Below are positions 29,094 through 39,389 of a stretch of 64,000 bases of DNA, piece by piece. Origin of the DNA: a virus; the IMG/VR virus record IMGVR_UViG_3300010885_020782, positions 63,376 through 127,375 of that record; one strand, given 5' to 3'. The translations under genes and the position numbers were made by a program. Within the stretch, counting starts at the first letter, position 1. Each line of letters starts with the position of its first letter. A model generated the notes under the pieces. It saw nothing but the letters and a program-made list of their open reading frames with translations, had not been told where the DNA came from and searched no databases.

Positions 29094-29480
29094 TTACTTG
29101 CCTGTCTTGAGAGCCTTGTAAGGGGCTGGAATTGTGAAGTCCTTGAGTAGGGCTTCAACTGTTGGGTGTGTCTTGAAAAGGTTTTCCTTATCAAGTTTTG
29201 TAGCGTTGATTGTTGCAACACGCACAACAACATTACCTGCAACTGTTCCTGCTTCCGCAGTTCCTACCCACTCATCATTTACGAGTGTGTATCCGAGTAG
29301 TGCATAGAGTTCAGCCTTTAGAGCCTTCTCTGTATCTTGATTGGCTTTGATAGTGTCTTTCACGCTATCAAGTTTTACAAGCAGTTCGCTTGCATTAGTT
29401 GCGTCAAGCGCAACTTGCGTTGTAGTAACAGATGTAACAACCTTTGTTGTTACTTCTGTTTCAACTTTGGTTCTAGGCAT
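29094..29480 (-). CDS. Hypothetical protein
   Basis: ORF track; SD; promoter TTGCTT-N17-TAAAGT with perfect CRP-like box at 29604-19. Confidence 0.75.
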   Translation of the reverse strand: MPRTKVETEVTTKVVTSVTTTQVALDATNASELLVKLDSVKDTIKANQDTEKALKAELYALLGYTLVNDEWVGTAEAGTVAGNVVVRVATINATKLDKENLFKTHPTVEALLKDFTIPAPYKALKTGK

Positions 29481-29614
29481 AAGCCCAATTCCCTTCGTCG
29501 TTTTGTATTTTTACTTCATTAGGTATCTGACCTAACAAAGAGAACTTTACCCTTTTGCCAAGCGATAAGCAAATCCAAATGAGCGTGTCGCCAAAAAATC
29601 TTTTGTGATTTGGC

Positions 29615-29896
29615 TCACACCTTTCCCCACGCTCGGGCTTCTGTGTATGGCTCTGCCACAAAGTCAGCCCCTTTGATTAGGTCATAAGGAAAGTCAGCCT
29701 TAGCCCTTGCTTCTCCAATGCGCTCGGCTTCGGCTTCGGTTTTGGCTTCTACTTCGTAATAAGCATTTGTTGCGGTTTCATCTTCAGAGAAGTATCCACG
29801 CACTATCCACTTTTTACTTTTTACTTTCAATCCAGTTTCTCCACTTCTATCTCGGTTGAGCGTGAGAGGTCGTGTCCATACTCGTTCTCCAACCAC
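29615..29896 (-). CDS. Small hypothetical protein (start uncertain)
   Basis: ORF track; contains the 14-bp motif in frame (KVKSKK). Confidence 0.5.
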   Translation of the reverse strand: MVGERVWTRPLTLNRDRSGETGLKVKSKKWIVRGYFSEDETATNAYYEVEAKTEAEAERIGEARAKADFPYDLIKGADFVAEPYTEARAWGKV

Positions 29897-29980
29897 TCTC
29901 TTGCTTGTGTTTCAGCACCCCGTTGCGTTTCGGAACTCACCTCTGTCCCGAAGTGGGAGATGAAGGTGGCTTTCCAGCGG

Positions 29981-30226
29981 TTAGTCATTAGGGCTTGCCG
30001 TTTCTGCTAATACCTCGTTCGCTAAATCTACGAAGTCTTCGGCAGCAGAACTTTGGAAATACCACTCGCCGTCTTCATACTTGTCGCAGACTTGCTCCCA
30101 TTGTTCGTCCGTCAAGGTCAAGCCGTCTGCGTATCCTTCAACACACTCTTTGTCCCAGTATGCAACAAGCAACTCGGTTTCAGGTGCGTATGCCGTTAGT
30201 TGTTCTATTAGTTTTTTTACTTGCAT
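29981..30226 (-). CDS. Acidic small protein; motif between SD and ATG
   Basis: ORF track. Confidence 0.7.
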   Translation of the reverse strand: MQVKKLIEQLTAYAPETELLVAYWDKECVEGYADGLTLTDEQWEQVCDKYEDGEWYFQSSAAEDFVDLANEVLAETASPND

Positions 30227-30388
30227 AGTTTTTACTTTTTACCTTTCTTGGTTATGCGCTCGCCAGTTGTCGGTTAGGTTCGTGCGGTAGTGGAACATCT
30301 CCACGCCAATCACAAACCGAGCCGTTGTATGTATCTATCCACATACCAAAATCTTGCTTTACTTCCCAGCCACACTTGCGACAGATAT

Positions 30389-30628
30389 TCACTCTTGCCA
30401 CCCGCCCGTCATAACTTCCCAACAACTTGGGTGCGTGCCTGTAATCATTTGCTCACGCAACGCCTTATCCATTTCAGGGTAAGCGTCTTGAATAGCACCG
30501 CCTAATTGGCGAATAAGAAATCCCTTCATAGGAACTTCAACTGTTCCACCCTTGCCACACATTGTGCAAGTAGGGGTTTCAACTATGTAAGTTGTTTCCT
30601 CTACTACCTTTCCGAACTCTGTTTCCAT
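30389..30628 (-). CDS. Small zinc-ribbon-like protein (CTMC..IQDAYP..REQMITGTHP.CW)
   Basis: Recognisable actinophage small family; SD. Confidence 0.75.
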   Translation of the reverse strand: METEFGKVVEETTYIVETPTCTMCGKGGTVEVPMKGFLIRQLGGAIQDAYPEMDKALREQMITGTHPSCWEVMTGGWQE

Positions 30629-30667
30629 TTGTTTCCCTTTCTAGTTGGTTGGCTAATAATAACAAAA

Positions 30668-31195
30668 TTAAAAGTGGAAGTCAATCGGCACTAGGTATTG
30701 GCGTGTCGGGTCTTTCTCCACTCGTTCCCAAAAGAACTCTAGGCTTGCCGAGTGTTCCTTTAGGTCATAAACACCTGTATCAGAACACCAATCATTAGAG
30801 AGAAGTCGTCCTAACCGCAGTAAAGACCAAGCGTCCATAGTTGAGCCATAGTTATACTTGTTTGGGTTGTAGTCCTCAACAAGTTGTTCTAGGTTGAAGC
30901 CTTCTGTTTTTATTTGTTCTAGGTATCGCAACATTTCTTTTTTACGATAACTAGCAAAGTCTTTGATAATGTCGTTTGCAAGAACGGGGTTCTCTGTGTA
31001 TGCAAGAACATCTCTGTTCTCTTCCCAGCCTTCAAACAATCCTGACCAGCGACCAGCAAGCCCTTCGTCAAGACCCCCGTGCCAATCTGACCACGCAGGG
31101 TATGGAGTTTCTGAATAAGTAATAGTTGTTTTGGCGTAGTCAATAGCGTCCTGTGCGCTATCCGCTTCAATCAACATAATCTGACAAGTGTGCAT
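30668..31195 (-). CDS. Hypothetical protein (SDW..AGRWSG..VPIDFHF)
   Basis: ORF track; motif between SD and ATG. Confidence 0.8.
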   Translation of the reverse strand: MHTCQIMLIEADSAQDAIDYAKTTITYSETPYPAWSDWHGGLDEGLAGRWSGLFEGWEENRDVLAYTENPVLANDIIKDFASYRKKEMLRYLEQIKTEGFNLEQLVEDYNPNKYNYGSTMDAWSLLRLGRLLSNDWCSDTGVYDLKEHSASLEFFWERVEKDPTRQYLVPIDFHF

Positions 31196-31250
31196 TTTTA
31201 CTTTTTACCCTTTCTTTCGTTCTTGGTTGAGAACTATTATCCCATTTTAT

Positions 31251-31691
31251 TTATGCAAAGTCAAGTAGCAACATCTTTTCATTTTCATACTGTTCCTTCA
31301 CATAGGAACTCGCACTTTGGAGAGCCTCTGAAATACTGTCGCATACCCAATCTAAATGCTCTCCGCGACAATACAAGTCAAACCAGTTGTTGTTGTCCCA
31401 GTTCAAGGCGTTCTCGCCATTAGCAAGGCGTAAGTCCTCATCACAATTTATACCTAAGCCATAAAAATCTGACGCAGTTCTAAGGATTGTTTCTGTTGGT
31501 TCGTGGATTACACGAACTTCTCCATCTGCATAAACATCTACCTCAAACCCTTTATAGGAAACTTGGCAGATAAATCCATCACCTTCATACCAAAGGCTAT
31601 CGTCTTGTTTTTCTAAGTTGGGAGCAACTCCAGAAAACATAGAAGCCCAAACAACTTTTGAACCTTCTAATAATTCTTCTACTGTTTTCAC
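31251..31691 (-). CDS. Hypothetical acidic protein
   Basis: ORF track; SD. Confidence 0.75.
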   Translation of the reverse strand: MKTVEELLEGSKVVWASMFSGVAPNLEKQDDSLWYEGDGFICQVSYKGFEVDVYADGEVRVIHEPTETILRTASDFYGLGINCDEDLRLANGENALNWDNNNWFDLYCRGEHLDWVCDSISEALQSASSYVKEQYENEKMLLLDFA

Positions 31692-31861
31692 TTCTATCCT
31701 TTCGTCATTGGTTTTTACTTTTTACTAAGTAGTAAGTGAAACCCCACAAAGGGGGTAAGGGGGCTTCACCTACTTAGGGTGTTGGTTCGCAGGTTCAGTT
31801 GTGGTGGAACTGACTTGCGTTGGAAGGACGCACCACACGAACCAACACTTCTTTTAGAACA

Positions 31862-33643
31862 TTAGGCAACCGCCCTCTGTCCAACTCTAGTTAGAGCGTC
31901 TGCACACGCCTTGCCAATTACTTCACTTGCTTCCGCAGGATTAGTAATGTCGTCAATAACTTTAGCGTATCCACCGCCTAAATCGTTTGCTCTGTGTCCA
32001 TTACTGAAAGGCAACCAAACAATTGCAACGCCAGCCTTCTCACATTGAGCCATAGCCCTACGAACATTGGCAGGTTCGTTGCCTGAATAGCAACCATCAG
32101 AAACGATTACGAGTAATTTCGCACCACTTCCATTTAGTAAGTTGAGAGAACCTTCTAGTGCTTTGTATGCTCGCTCAAACTTTTCAGTTCCGTCCTCTGC
32201 TGAATAAACATTTACTTGTTCTAACTTTTGTCCTGACTTTAGAACAGGGAAAACATCATTACCGAAATAAACCATAGCGCACTCACCTTGAATACGATTT
32301 ACTGCTGACGACATTACCCAAGCAGTTGTAGCCATTGGGTTCATAGCACTTCCCATTGAACCTGAAATATCAACCATAATTCCAACTTTGAGAGTTGGGT
32401 CGTCTGTGTGCTTGCGAACTTTCTTTCGGAAAGGTTCTACCTTTGTATGAATACCGCGAGAGCGTAATGCTTCGCGTTGAATAAGTGCGCGAGTGCGTAA
32501 GCGTCCGGGTGGAACTTCACTAGACTTCTCAACAACATCTCGCTCACGATACTTAGCCTTCTCTAACCAGCGACCAATAAGAACTGACGCAGAACGCTCC
32601 GCACCTGTTGGGTTGCGAGTTTCAACTAACTTACTATCAGTTCTACTCTTACCCGGCCCTGACGACTTTGAGAAAATCTCTGTTGAGATTTCTTTATTCT
32701 CTAAGCGTTCCTGACTTTCCTTAGCCTTTGATTGTGCTTGCTCTTTCCAATCATCTGATTGCTCTGCGTCAGAGAGTTCCCCGAAGTTATTTACTTCTAC
32801 TGTTGAAGCACCTTCATCTAGTGCCTCAAGAATTTTCTCTAGCATTTCTCTAGGGATAGGGAAGCAACCTTGTGTGCCTTCCTCATCTCCGCGCTCTTTC
32901 GCTAACTCACGAACAATTTTTGCCCACTCAATAGCGATAGGGTAAATATCTGTAAGGTCAGTATCGTTAGTGTGGAATTGTGCTTGACGAGCAAGCGAGC
33001 GCAACTTCTCAACAACTTCAAGACCAAGTTCCTTCTCAATCATTTCTGTAATCTGACTTACTTCATCTGCGTCAAGAATACCTGCGTCAATGCGACTATG
33101 AACAAGACCAACAAGATTAGTAAGTGATTGAGTTGTGCTTGTCTTTTCCGCACCTTCTTTTACATCTCCAATAACAATTTCCATAGCGCAAGCACGAAGG
33201 AAAGGACGAGCAGTTGGCATAGCAGTTAGACCGCGATACTCAATGCGACTTTCCTCTAGCAATACAAGTGCTTGGTATTCGTCAGACTTTAGTTCGCTAT
33301 ACGCCTTTGGCATAGACCAACTAGAGAAGCGAGCGTGGAAGGCTTCGTGCATAATCGCACCTATCGCCTTTGGATATTCGTAATGAGTTGAACGATTAGT
33401 TAGGTCGCCAATTTGTTCGGGTGTAATACCTTTTCCAAACGCAACTTCAACATTTACTTCAACTTCTGAAAGTGTTGGGTTGTAGCAAGCAGGAGCGATA
33501 CCACCTGCACCTGCGCCAACATAAGCAACTAAATCTCCGCGATTAGACCACTTGTTAGCAAGTGTTCCTATGTCGCGTCCTACTGATAACCACTCAACAG
33601 GCGTATGCGCTGTTCGTGTATCGTCAAACTTTAGATGAGCCAT
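31862..33643 (-). CDS. vWA (MIDAS) protein with N-terminal HExxH, CobT-like partner
   Basis: HEAFH, LEESRIE, VDISGSM and VIVSDG motifs; 593 aa. Confidence 0.85.
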   Translation of the reverse strand: MAHLKFDDTRTAHTPVEWLSVGRDIGTLANKWSNRGDLVAYVGAGAGGIAPACYNPTLSEVEVNVEVAFGKGITPEQIGDLTNRSTHYEYPKAIGAIMHEAFHARFSSWSMPKAYSELKSDEYQALVLLEESRIEYRGLTAMPTARPFLRACAMEIVIGDVKEGAEKTSTTQSLTNLVGLVHSRIDAGILDADEVSQITEMIEKELGLEVVEKLRSLARQAQFHTNDTDLTDIYPIAIEWAKIVRELAKERGDEEGTQGCFPIPREMLEKILEALDEGASTVEVNNFGELSDAEQSDDWKEQAQSKAKESQERLENKEISTEIFSKSSGPGKSRTDSKLVETRNPTGAERSASVLIGRWLEKAKYRERDVVEKSSEVPPGRLRTRALIQREALRSRGIHTKVEPFRKKVRKHTDDPTLKVGIMVDISGSMGSAMNPMATTAWVMSSAVNRIQGECAMVYFGNDVFPVLKSGQKLEQVNVYSAEDGTEKFERAYKALEGSLNLLNGSGAKLLVIVSDGCYSGNEPANVRRAMAQCEKAGVAIVWLPFSNGHRANDLGGGYAKVIDDITNPAEASEVIGKACADALTRVGQRAVA

Positions 33644-33816
33644 TTCTTTCCCCTTCGTTAGTATCAGGCTTCCGACCTGATAAACCTAGTATCCTCTTTT
33701 GTTTTCCTTTTGTCAAATCCTGTCTTTGGCGTGTTGGGGGTAGATAGGGGGAGCGAGCGCACCCAAGAAGGCTCACTCAACCCCTACCCGAACCAAAACC
33801 TAGCGACAGGGAAGGG

Positions 33817-34866
33817 CTAGATTTTGGCTGTCTTACACTCTGCTCCGAAGGAGCGAGAGAGAACATCTGCGACAGTTGCTCTGTCGTTTTCAGGTGCGCC
33901 AGCAATCAGATTAGAGATAGCAAACTCTGCTCCGAAAGTTGTTGAAATGTCGCGGAACGCGAGCAACTCACGCATTTGAGGACACCAAGAAACTTCGTTA
34001 GAAAGTTGCTTGCGTGAAAGATTTTGTGAAGCAGTAATCAACATAGCAGGAACGCCAAGTTTCTTAGCCAAGTTCCAATCAGTTGTCATTTCAACTTGGA
34101 GAGTGAAACGAGAAGTCAATGCTTCGCTAATACGAACTCCGGGTGCGTTTGGATTTGTAGCACTCACCACAAAGAAATCAGGGTGAGCCTTGACAACTCC
34201 GCGTTCAGGATTGGCAGATACAAATACTTCTCTGCGTCCGTCCATAGCACCATAAAGGATTGAAAGAACTTTAGGGTCAATCAAACCAATTTCGTCAATA
34301 AAATAAACCCAACCATTTTCCATACACTTGACTAAATCTCCGTCCAGCCAATCGTATGTTCCACTTGGTGATTGAATAAAGTTTCCAAGTAAATCAGAAA
34401 CTTCAATGTCTCCGTGTCCAACGAGTGTTCGCATTTCAGCACCGAAGGTTGCTTCAACCAACGCAGTTTTACCTGTGCCGGGTGCGCCATAAAACATTGG
34501 GAACAAAGGCGAACCTTCGTTTGTAAGAACTGATTGCTTAGTTGCTTCTCTCGCATTACGCAGAGCCATTACATCTTGGTGTGTTCCCCACATACGAGCA
34601 ACATACTTAGAACCATTAGGTCGGAAATAAACATCATCTCCAACTAGAGCGTCAATGCTTGGTAGAGAACTCATCTTAGGTTTTCTTGGCTTTCTATCTG
34701 CGCCACTTGCGCGAGCAACATAGCGACCACTTGGGGGAACAACTGCACTAAGTGTAGTTGAAGCAACTTCATTTACTCCCTGTGTGGCAACTTCAATAAT
34801 CGTATCCCAAAGGCTTGGGGTCAGATTTGGACTTAGTTGAGCATACTGCTCTTTCATTGTTGTCAT
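33817..34866 (-). CDS. MoxR-family AAA+ ATPase (CobS/CbbQ-like)
   Basis: Walker A GAPGTGKT, Walker B FIDEI, ATNP sensor, EALTSRF. Confidence 0.9.
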   Translation of the reverse strand: MTTMKEQYAQLSPNLTPSLWDTIIEVATQGVNEVASTTLSAVVPPSGRYVARASGADRKPRKPKMSSLPSIDALVGDDVYFRPNGSKYVARMWGTHQDVMALRNAREATKQSVLTNEGSPLFPMFYGAPGTGKTALVEATFGAEMRTLVGHGDIEVSDLLGNFIQSPSGTYDWLDGDLVKCMENGWVYFIDEIGLIDPKVLSILYGAMDGRREVFVSANPERGVVKAHPDFFVVSATNPNAPGVRISEALTSRFTLQVEMTTDWNLAKKLGVPAMLITASQNLSRKQLSNEVSWCPQMRELLAFRDISTTFGAEFAISNLIAGAPENDRATVADVLSRSFGAECKTAKI

Positions 34867-34892
34867 TTTGTATTTCTCCCTGTCTTTCTTTT

Positions 34893-35348
34893 TTATACTA
34901 ATTCAGGAAAGGCGAGAGCCTTCCGAGATAGATGAACACGATAAAGTATCTTATTAGGTGTCTTACCTTTGGCAAGGTCGTCTGCGTCTCCGCGAGATAC
35001 CTCTACAAGTATTGGAGTCTTTTCTAAAGACCAACCCTGACTAATCACACTATCAAAGTATGAAGTTGCGTGGCGCATACGAAGTTCTGTGAAGTTCTCT
35101 TTCGCGCTATCTTGGAGTGTTGAACCACTTTCTACGATTTCCTCTAATTCCTTAGAGCGCAGAACAGAAGTTTTCCATTGTTTGCGTGGAGTGCTTGGTG
35201 TAATCACTCGGCGAACAAAGGTCATAGGAACTAAAGTTCCTGCTGTTGTGTAAGCGTCAGGAGTAATAATGACTTGCATTACTTGTCCTGTCTTACGGAA
35301 CTCGGCATAAACTCCGACTCCCTGAACATCTTTTTCTTTACTTAGCAC
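34893..35348 (-). CDS. Hypothetical protein
   Basis: ORF track; SD; first gene of the MoxR operon. Confidence 0.75.
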   Translation of the reverse strand: MLSKEKDVQGVGVYAEFRKTGQVMQVIITPDAYTTAGTLVPMTFVRRVITPSTPRKQWKTSVLRSKELEEIVESGSTLQDSAKENFTELRMRHATSYFDSVISQGWSLEKTPILVEVSRGDADDLAKGKTPNKILYRVHLSRKALAFPELV

Positions 35349-35495
35349 TTGGGTGTTCCTTTCGTTTAGTTTTGCTAGGTAAGAGAATTATTACCGAACA
35401 CTTCCCGATTGTCAAGTTCTGACCTTCGGCGTGTCTCCCCCTAATTCTCCCTGCCTGTGGGGGTGGTGTAAGTGTAAAGGTTTGCTAGGCGATTG

Positions 35496-35732
35496 TCAAA
35501 TCGTGTCAGGGTCAGGCAAATCCATCAAGAGGTTTCCATACTGCCGAGATACTTCTACTGCCTTACTGCCTCTATCGCTGTCTGTGCAGTTCTCAACTTC
35601 TGCCCAGTCTTCCTCTGTCCAAAATTGGGTTTGGCAAAGGACAATCCCATCTGCACTTCCATAATTTCCGTCCATAGCAAAGTAATGGATTTGTGGTTGT
35701 GGTGGCATTTTTTCATTTAGTTCTTCTGACAT
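35496..35732 (-). CDS. Hypothetical protein
   Basis: ORF track; coupled. Confidence 0.7.
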   Translation of the reverse strand: MSEELNEKMPPQPQIHYFAMDGNYGSADGIVLCQTQFWTEEDWAEVENCTDSDRGSKAVEVSRQYGNLLMDLPDPDTI

Positions 35733-36412
35733 TATTCAGCACCTACTATTTCTATCTCACGAACTTCGTGAAGTTCTATTGGTTTGGTTTTGTTCGGACA
35801 ATCTTTATACCACTCGTCTTCATCTTCTTCACTAGCGCAACGACAACCATCTACATTATCTCTATCAACATAATCTTTGTGTGAGTCAGGTATGTCGTAT
35901 TCACTAACAATGCTAGAGCCTTCTTTTGTCCAAAGGATTTCTCCACCCCAGCCTTGTTCTTCTTCATACTCCAAAGTTATTTCTAACTCGGGGTGTTGAA
36001 CAGATAGTTCCTCAATAACAGGAAGTGGTGGCGACCACGCAGTATCAAAACGATACGAAATGTGTGTAGCAGACTCGCTAGTTATTTCTGTCGCAGACCA
36101 ATCATTTGGGCTGTCTGATTTAGCGACATCCCACTTAGTTCCCCATTTATTGTTGTTGAAGTTATACCAGTTGTATTCAGTTTCACCAGTAGCCTTACCA
36201 TCTTCAAATCCGTGAGTCCCGAAGTATTCCTCTAACTTATCTTCAGGTGGAGCAATAATGTTCCAAAACGAAAAGATGGGGTTTGAGTAAATAGTTGGTT
36301 CTTTATCTTCGCCATACTGTTTTACAAGTGGCTTGTTTAGTTGAGCCTTTACTTTCGCAATGGCTTCTTCTGTTCCCTCTATTGAAAGATTGTTATAGAC
36401 ATAGTTTGGCAT
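35732..36412 (-). CDS. DUF1281/YubB ferredoxin-like domain protein
   Basis: MPNYVYN..WYNF...WGTKWD..FDTAWSPP.PV..L...HPEL...Y.EE. Confidence 0.8.
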   Translation of the reverse strand: MPNYVYNNLSIEGTEEAIAKVKAQLNKPLVKQYGEDKEPTIYSNPIFSFWNIIAPPEDKLEEYFGTHGFEDGKATGETEYNWYNFNNNKWGTKWDVAKSDSPNDWSATEITSESATHISYRFDTAWSPPLPVIEELSVQHPELEITLEYEEEQGWGGEILWTKEGSSIVSEYDIPDSHKDYVDRDNVDGCRCASEEDEDEWYKDCPNKTKPIELHEVREIEIVGAE

Positions 36413-36452
36413 TGGACTTCCTTTCTGTTGGTTGGTGTAAGTCTAACGATTT

Positions 36453-36719
36453 TTATTTTTCTGTCAAGCGCCGAAACTCGGGAAGTGTGTAGTCGGGAAG
36501 TCCGAACAAGAACCCACCGCCATTTCCTTCTTCATCTTGCGATACAACAAGTTCCGTTAGTTGTCCGTTAGCAAGTTTGACGAGGAACATAGGAAATCCT
36601 TTTCCACCGAACTCGTCTGTGTCTGTGCGTAGGAACTTCACAATAGTTGCTCCGTTGAGTGCGGAGTAGTATCCAGCGTTCCAGCGTTCTTGTATCGTGT
36701 CTTGTTTTGTAGCGGTCAT
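36453..36719 (-). CDS. Hypothetical protein (SQDEEGNGGGFLF)
   Basis: ORF track; SD. Confidence 0.75.
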   Translation of the reverse strand: MTATKQDTIQERWNAGYYSALNGATIVKFLRTDTDEFGGKGFPMFLVKLANGQLTELVVSQDEEGNGGGFLFGLPDYTLPEFRRLTEK

Positions 36720-36723
36720 TGTT

Positions 36724-36876
36724 TTATTCTCCCTGTTCCTCTAATGCACGGCGCTTGTTCTCCAAACGAGTGCGGTTGCGTTTAGTTCTCTTGTCAGCGA
36801 ACACCTGTGCTTTTTGGTTCAGCACAAAGCGACCTCGCAAGCGAAGCAAGCCGTCAAGAGCGTTTTTCTTTTTCAT
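36724..36876 (-). CDS. Small Arg/Lys-rich protein, leaderless
   Basis: Manual translation MKKKNALDG..DKRTKRNRTR; TAGACT 6 nt before ATG. Confidence 0.65.
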   Translation of the reverse strand: MKKKNALDGLLRLRGRFVLNQKAQVFADKRTKRNRTRLENKRRALEEQGE

Positions 36877-37361
36877 AGCACCAGTCTAACGCTTGCCGTT
36901 GATTTGTCAAGCCCCGTTGCTGAAGACACGCCGACTTCCTAACAACTTCTTTAGCGGGGCTCAGCGCATCTGCTACTTTTTACTTTTTACTCGGTTCGGT
37001 ATAAGCGCTCGCCGTTTTTACTTTTTACTCTCCAGGCCCTGGCGGTTGGTGCACTTCCAAATAACTTATACAGCGCTGGCAGCAAATGTTTTCTGGTGCA
37101 CTTCCGAACAACTTCAAGATGTCAAGACGGCGGCGGAAATCTTCAGCGGTTAGATAAAAGAAAAAGCGTGCCAACTCCGTGTCTCGCACGAAATTATTGG
37201 CACGCCGTTTGTTGCGTTTGAATTAGTCTTTGGTGTCGGGGCAGACTTCCTCTAGGTTTGAATCATCCTGCTTTACAGCGCAGATGGAACAAATGGTAAT
37301 CATCCCGAAGCCGTCATCCCTATCGGGAATCTCAACGAATAAGTGGTTCATAGATGTAATC

Positions 37362-37787
37362 TTACAATAACTCCGCTGGCACTTCAGGCTCGTAGGTGTG
37401 TGGAGTGCGCTGTTTCCATCCGCTGTCTCCCACCATCTTGAACTCAAAGATACGCCCTAGAGCATCCGCAACTTGTTCGCTAATGTCTGTCCAGCCCTCG
37501 CCCTCTGTATTGAGCGAGCCCGCGTTTGGAATGTTCGGCAAGTCCGAATCCTCTGTGTAATCGCCATAGACAAAACATCTGTCGCCAGCCCAACGAGCCG
37601 AGACCGAAGTCATAGGCAAGTCGCCCCCACCGCGATTAGGCGATGCCGTTGTTAGAACATAGAGAGCATCCGAAAGACTTCCATTGAAATCTCCGATGTG
37701 TTCCCATTGCTTTAGACCCAAGCCGAGTGCGTGTGGCACTACAACTTCCTTCTTATCGTAATTTACTAAAACGTGATACTGACCCAT
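37362..37787 (-). CDS. Conserved phage hypothetical protein (MGQYH..N.DKKE..RWAGD)
   Basis: ORF track; recognisable motif. Confidence 0.8.
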   Translation of the reverse strand: MGQYHVLVNYDKKEVVVPHALGLGLKQWEHIGDFNGSLSDALYVLTTASPNRGGGDLPMTSVSARWAGDRCFVYGDYTEDSDLPNIPNAGSLNTEGEGWTDISEQVADALGRIFEFKMVGDSGWKQRTPHTYEPEVPAELL

Positions 37788-37791
37788 CCCT

Positions 37792-37989
37792 TTACCCTTT
37801 CACTTCGTAGATACATTCCATACCTACATCTTTTTTTGACTTGATGAGAGATTTTACAAACTCCCCCATCAACTCGCCAGCGCGAACTTCCGCGTCATAG
37901 ATGTCCGCGTCAGAATCTCCAACGAGTTCATCTAAGTCGTATTCCTTTACAAGGCTTACAACTATCTTTGTCTTTTTTCTTTTTGTCAT
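37792..37989 (-). CDS. Small hypothetical protein
   Basis: ORF track. Confidence 0.6.
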   Translation of the reverse strand: MTKRKKTKIVVSLVKEYDLDELVGDSDADIYDAEVRAGELMGEFVKSLIKSKKDVGMECIYEVKG

Positions 37990-38273
37990 TCTTCTTCCTC
38001 AATACCGAATTCTTGACGAATGGTATCTACTGTCTCCATCCAAACCGCGGCACGAGTCTCATTGAGGACATCATCGTTTTCCCAAAGGTGTAAAAACCTT
38101 AGCCATTGTTCGTCTGTAAGTTCAACATCAAGGTCAGACTCAACATCGGACTTTGAATAGACGTTGTAACTAACAATTTCATCTTCTTCAAATTCTTGCG
38201 AGACATACTCCGCAAGTGCGCCAGCAGTAATAAACGGGCTTTCTTCTTCTAGTTCTTCTACTTCGTTACTCAT
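37986..38273 (-). CDS. Very acidic small protein
   Basis: ORF track; about 30% D/E. Confidence 0.7.
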   Translation of the reverse strand: MSNEVEELEEESPFITAGALAEYVSQEFEEDEIVSYNVYSKSDVESDLDVELTDEQWLRFLHLWENDDVLNETRAAVWMETVDTIRQEFGIEEEE

Positions 38274-38631
38274 TTTAGTTCATACTCCATTTCCCAAGAA
38301 GCATCAGGCCAATGCAGGTCGTGTTGCGCTGACTCTATTGCCCCTAGGTCGTCTAGGTGTGCATTTATTTTTTTGTTTGCTTCTGCTTCATTTTTAGCAG
38401 AAACATTCCCTGCAAGTTTTATTACGAACGCGTAATTGTTTTGCATAACTTTCCTTTCGTTGGTTGGTGGTGTAAGTCTAATGATTTATTTCTAATTGTC
38501 AAGTATCTCTACATACTCGTCATCGCCAACTTCTTTGAGGTTGGTGTAGATAATAATTTGCCCCTCATTGTCTTTGTCTACTGAATAGTTGGGTGCAAAT
38601 TTTGCAATCGCTGTTCTAAAGTCGTATCCAT

Positions 38632-38892
38632 TCATTTCACAATCTCCGCATACTCGCTAGACATTTCGCTAAGGACATTTGAAAGATGTTGGTCGTGGGG
38701 GTCAAGCCCTCCAGAAGATTCCATCTCCTCAACCATTTTGAGCCAGCCCTCGTCTGTGAGAGTCATCTCATCTTCCTCGGGATAATCAAATGTATCTTTT
38801 GAATAAATCAAAACAATAACTTCATCTTCAGCATCGTAGTTCGTGGTTACCATTTGGACCAGGTCTTTGACTTTCATACAACTTCCTTTCAT
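38632..38892 (-). CDS. Acidic small protein
   Basis: ORF track; real start probably MKVKD. Confidence 0.65.
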   Translation of the reverse strand: MKGSCMKVKDLVQMVTTNYDAEDEVIVLIYSKDTFDYPEEDEMTLTDEGWLKMVEEMESSGGLDPHDQHLSNVLSEMSSEYAEIVK

Positions 38893-39137
38893 TGGTTGGT
38901 GTGTCTGGGTAACGGGCTTTTTGGCCTAGGACCTCAACCCTCTTCGTCATCCATCTGGAATTCGCCCCAGACACAAGACGTATCTAAACATACTGAAATC
39001 AGGTTGTCAAGTCCTAGGAAATAAAAAAGTCCCCGTGTTCGCTGATGGCGGGGAAACCCATCAAACCAAGTCATAATGCTTAGAACTAGAAAGGTAGATG
39101 TCTAAGCGACTTTGCGAATTATAAAGTAACAGCGGTC

Positions 39138-39389
39138 TTAGTCTCCTGTCAAATCGTGTCGTGCTCTAGCAGTCTCTTCCATCTCATCGGTTACTTCTGT
39201 AGTCTTCGGAAGATTGATAATCTCACCCGTTACAGCATCCACAATTTGTCCATTCACAATCTGGAGTTGAGGTCCCTGGTCAAGATGTCTTCCCAACAAC
39301 TCATCAACGTCAGCGGTTACTTGTATGTATCCCTTTTGCACTTCGCGTTTGAGCAGTGCGTATCCAACCCACGCCGTTATGAGTCCCAT
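39138..39389 (-). CDS. Small protein downstream of whiB
   Basis: ORF track; SD GAGAGGGG. Confidence 0.65.
   Translation of the reverse strand: MGLITAWVGYALLKREVQKGYIQVTADVDELLGRHLDQGPQLQIVNGQIVDAVTGEIINLPKTTEVTDEMEETARARHDLTGD

Noticed and set aside
33004-33018. 15-mer motif copy inside the vWA gene
   Set aside because: An isolated coding match (EVVEK) with no neighbouring junction elements; may be chance.
31862-34866. Cobalamin biosynthesis (cobS/cobT) call
   Set aside because: Only the generic MoxR-vWA architecture is supported; no cobN or other pathway genes.
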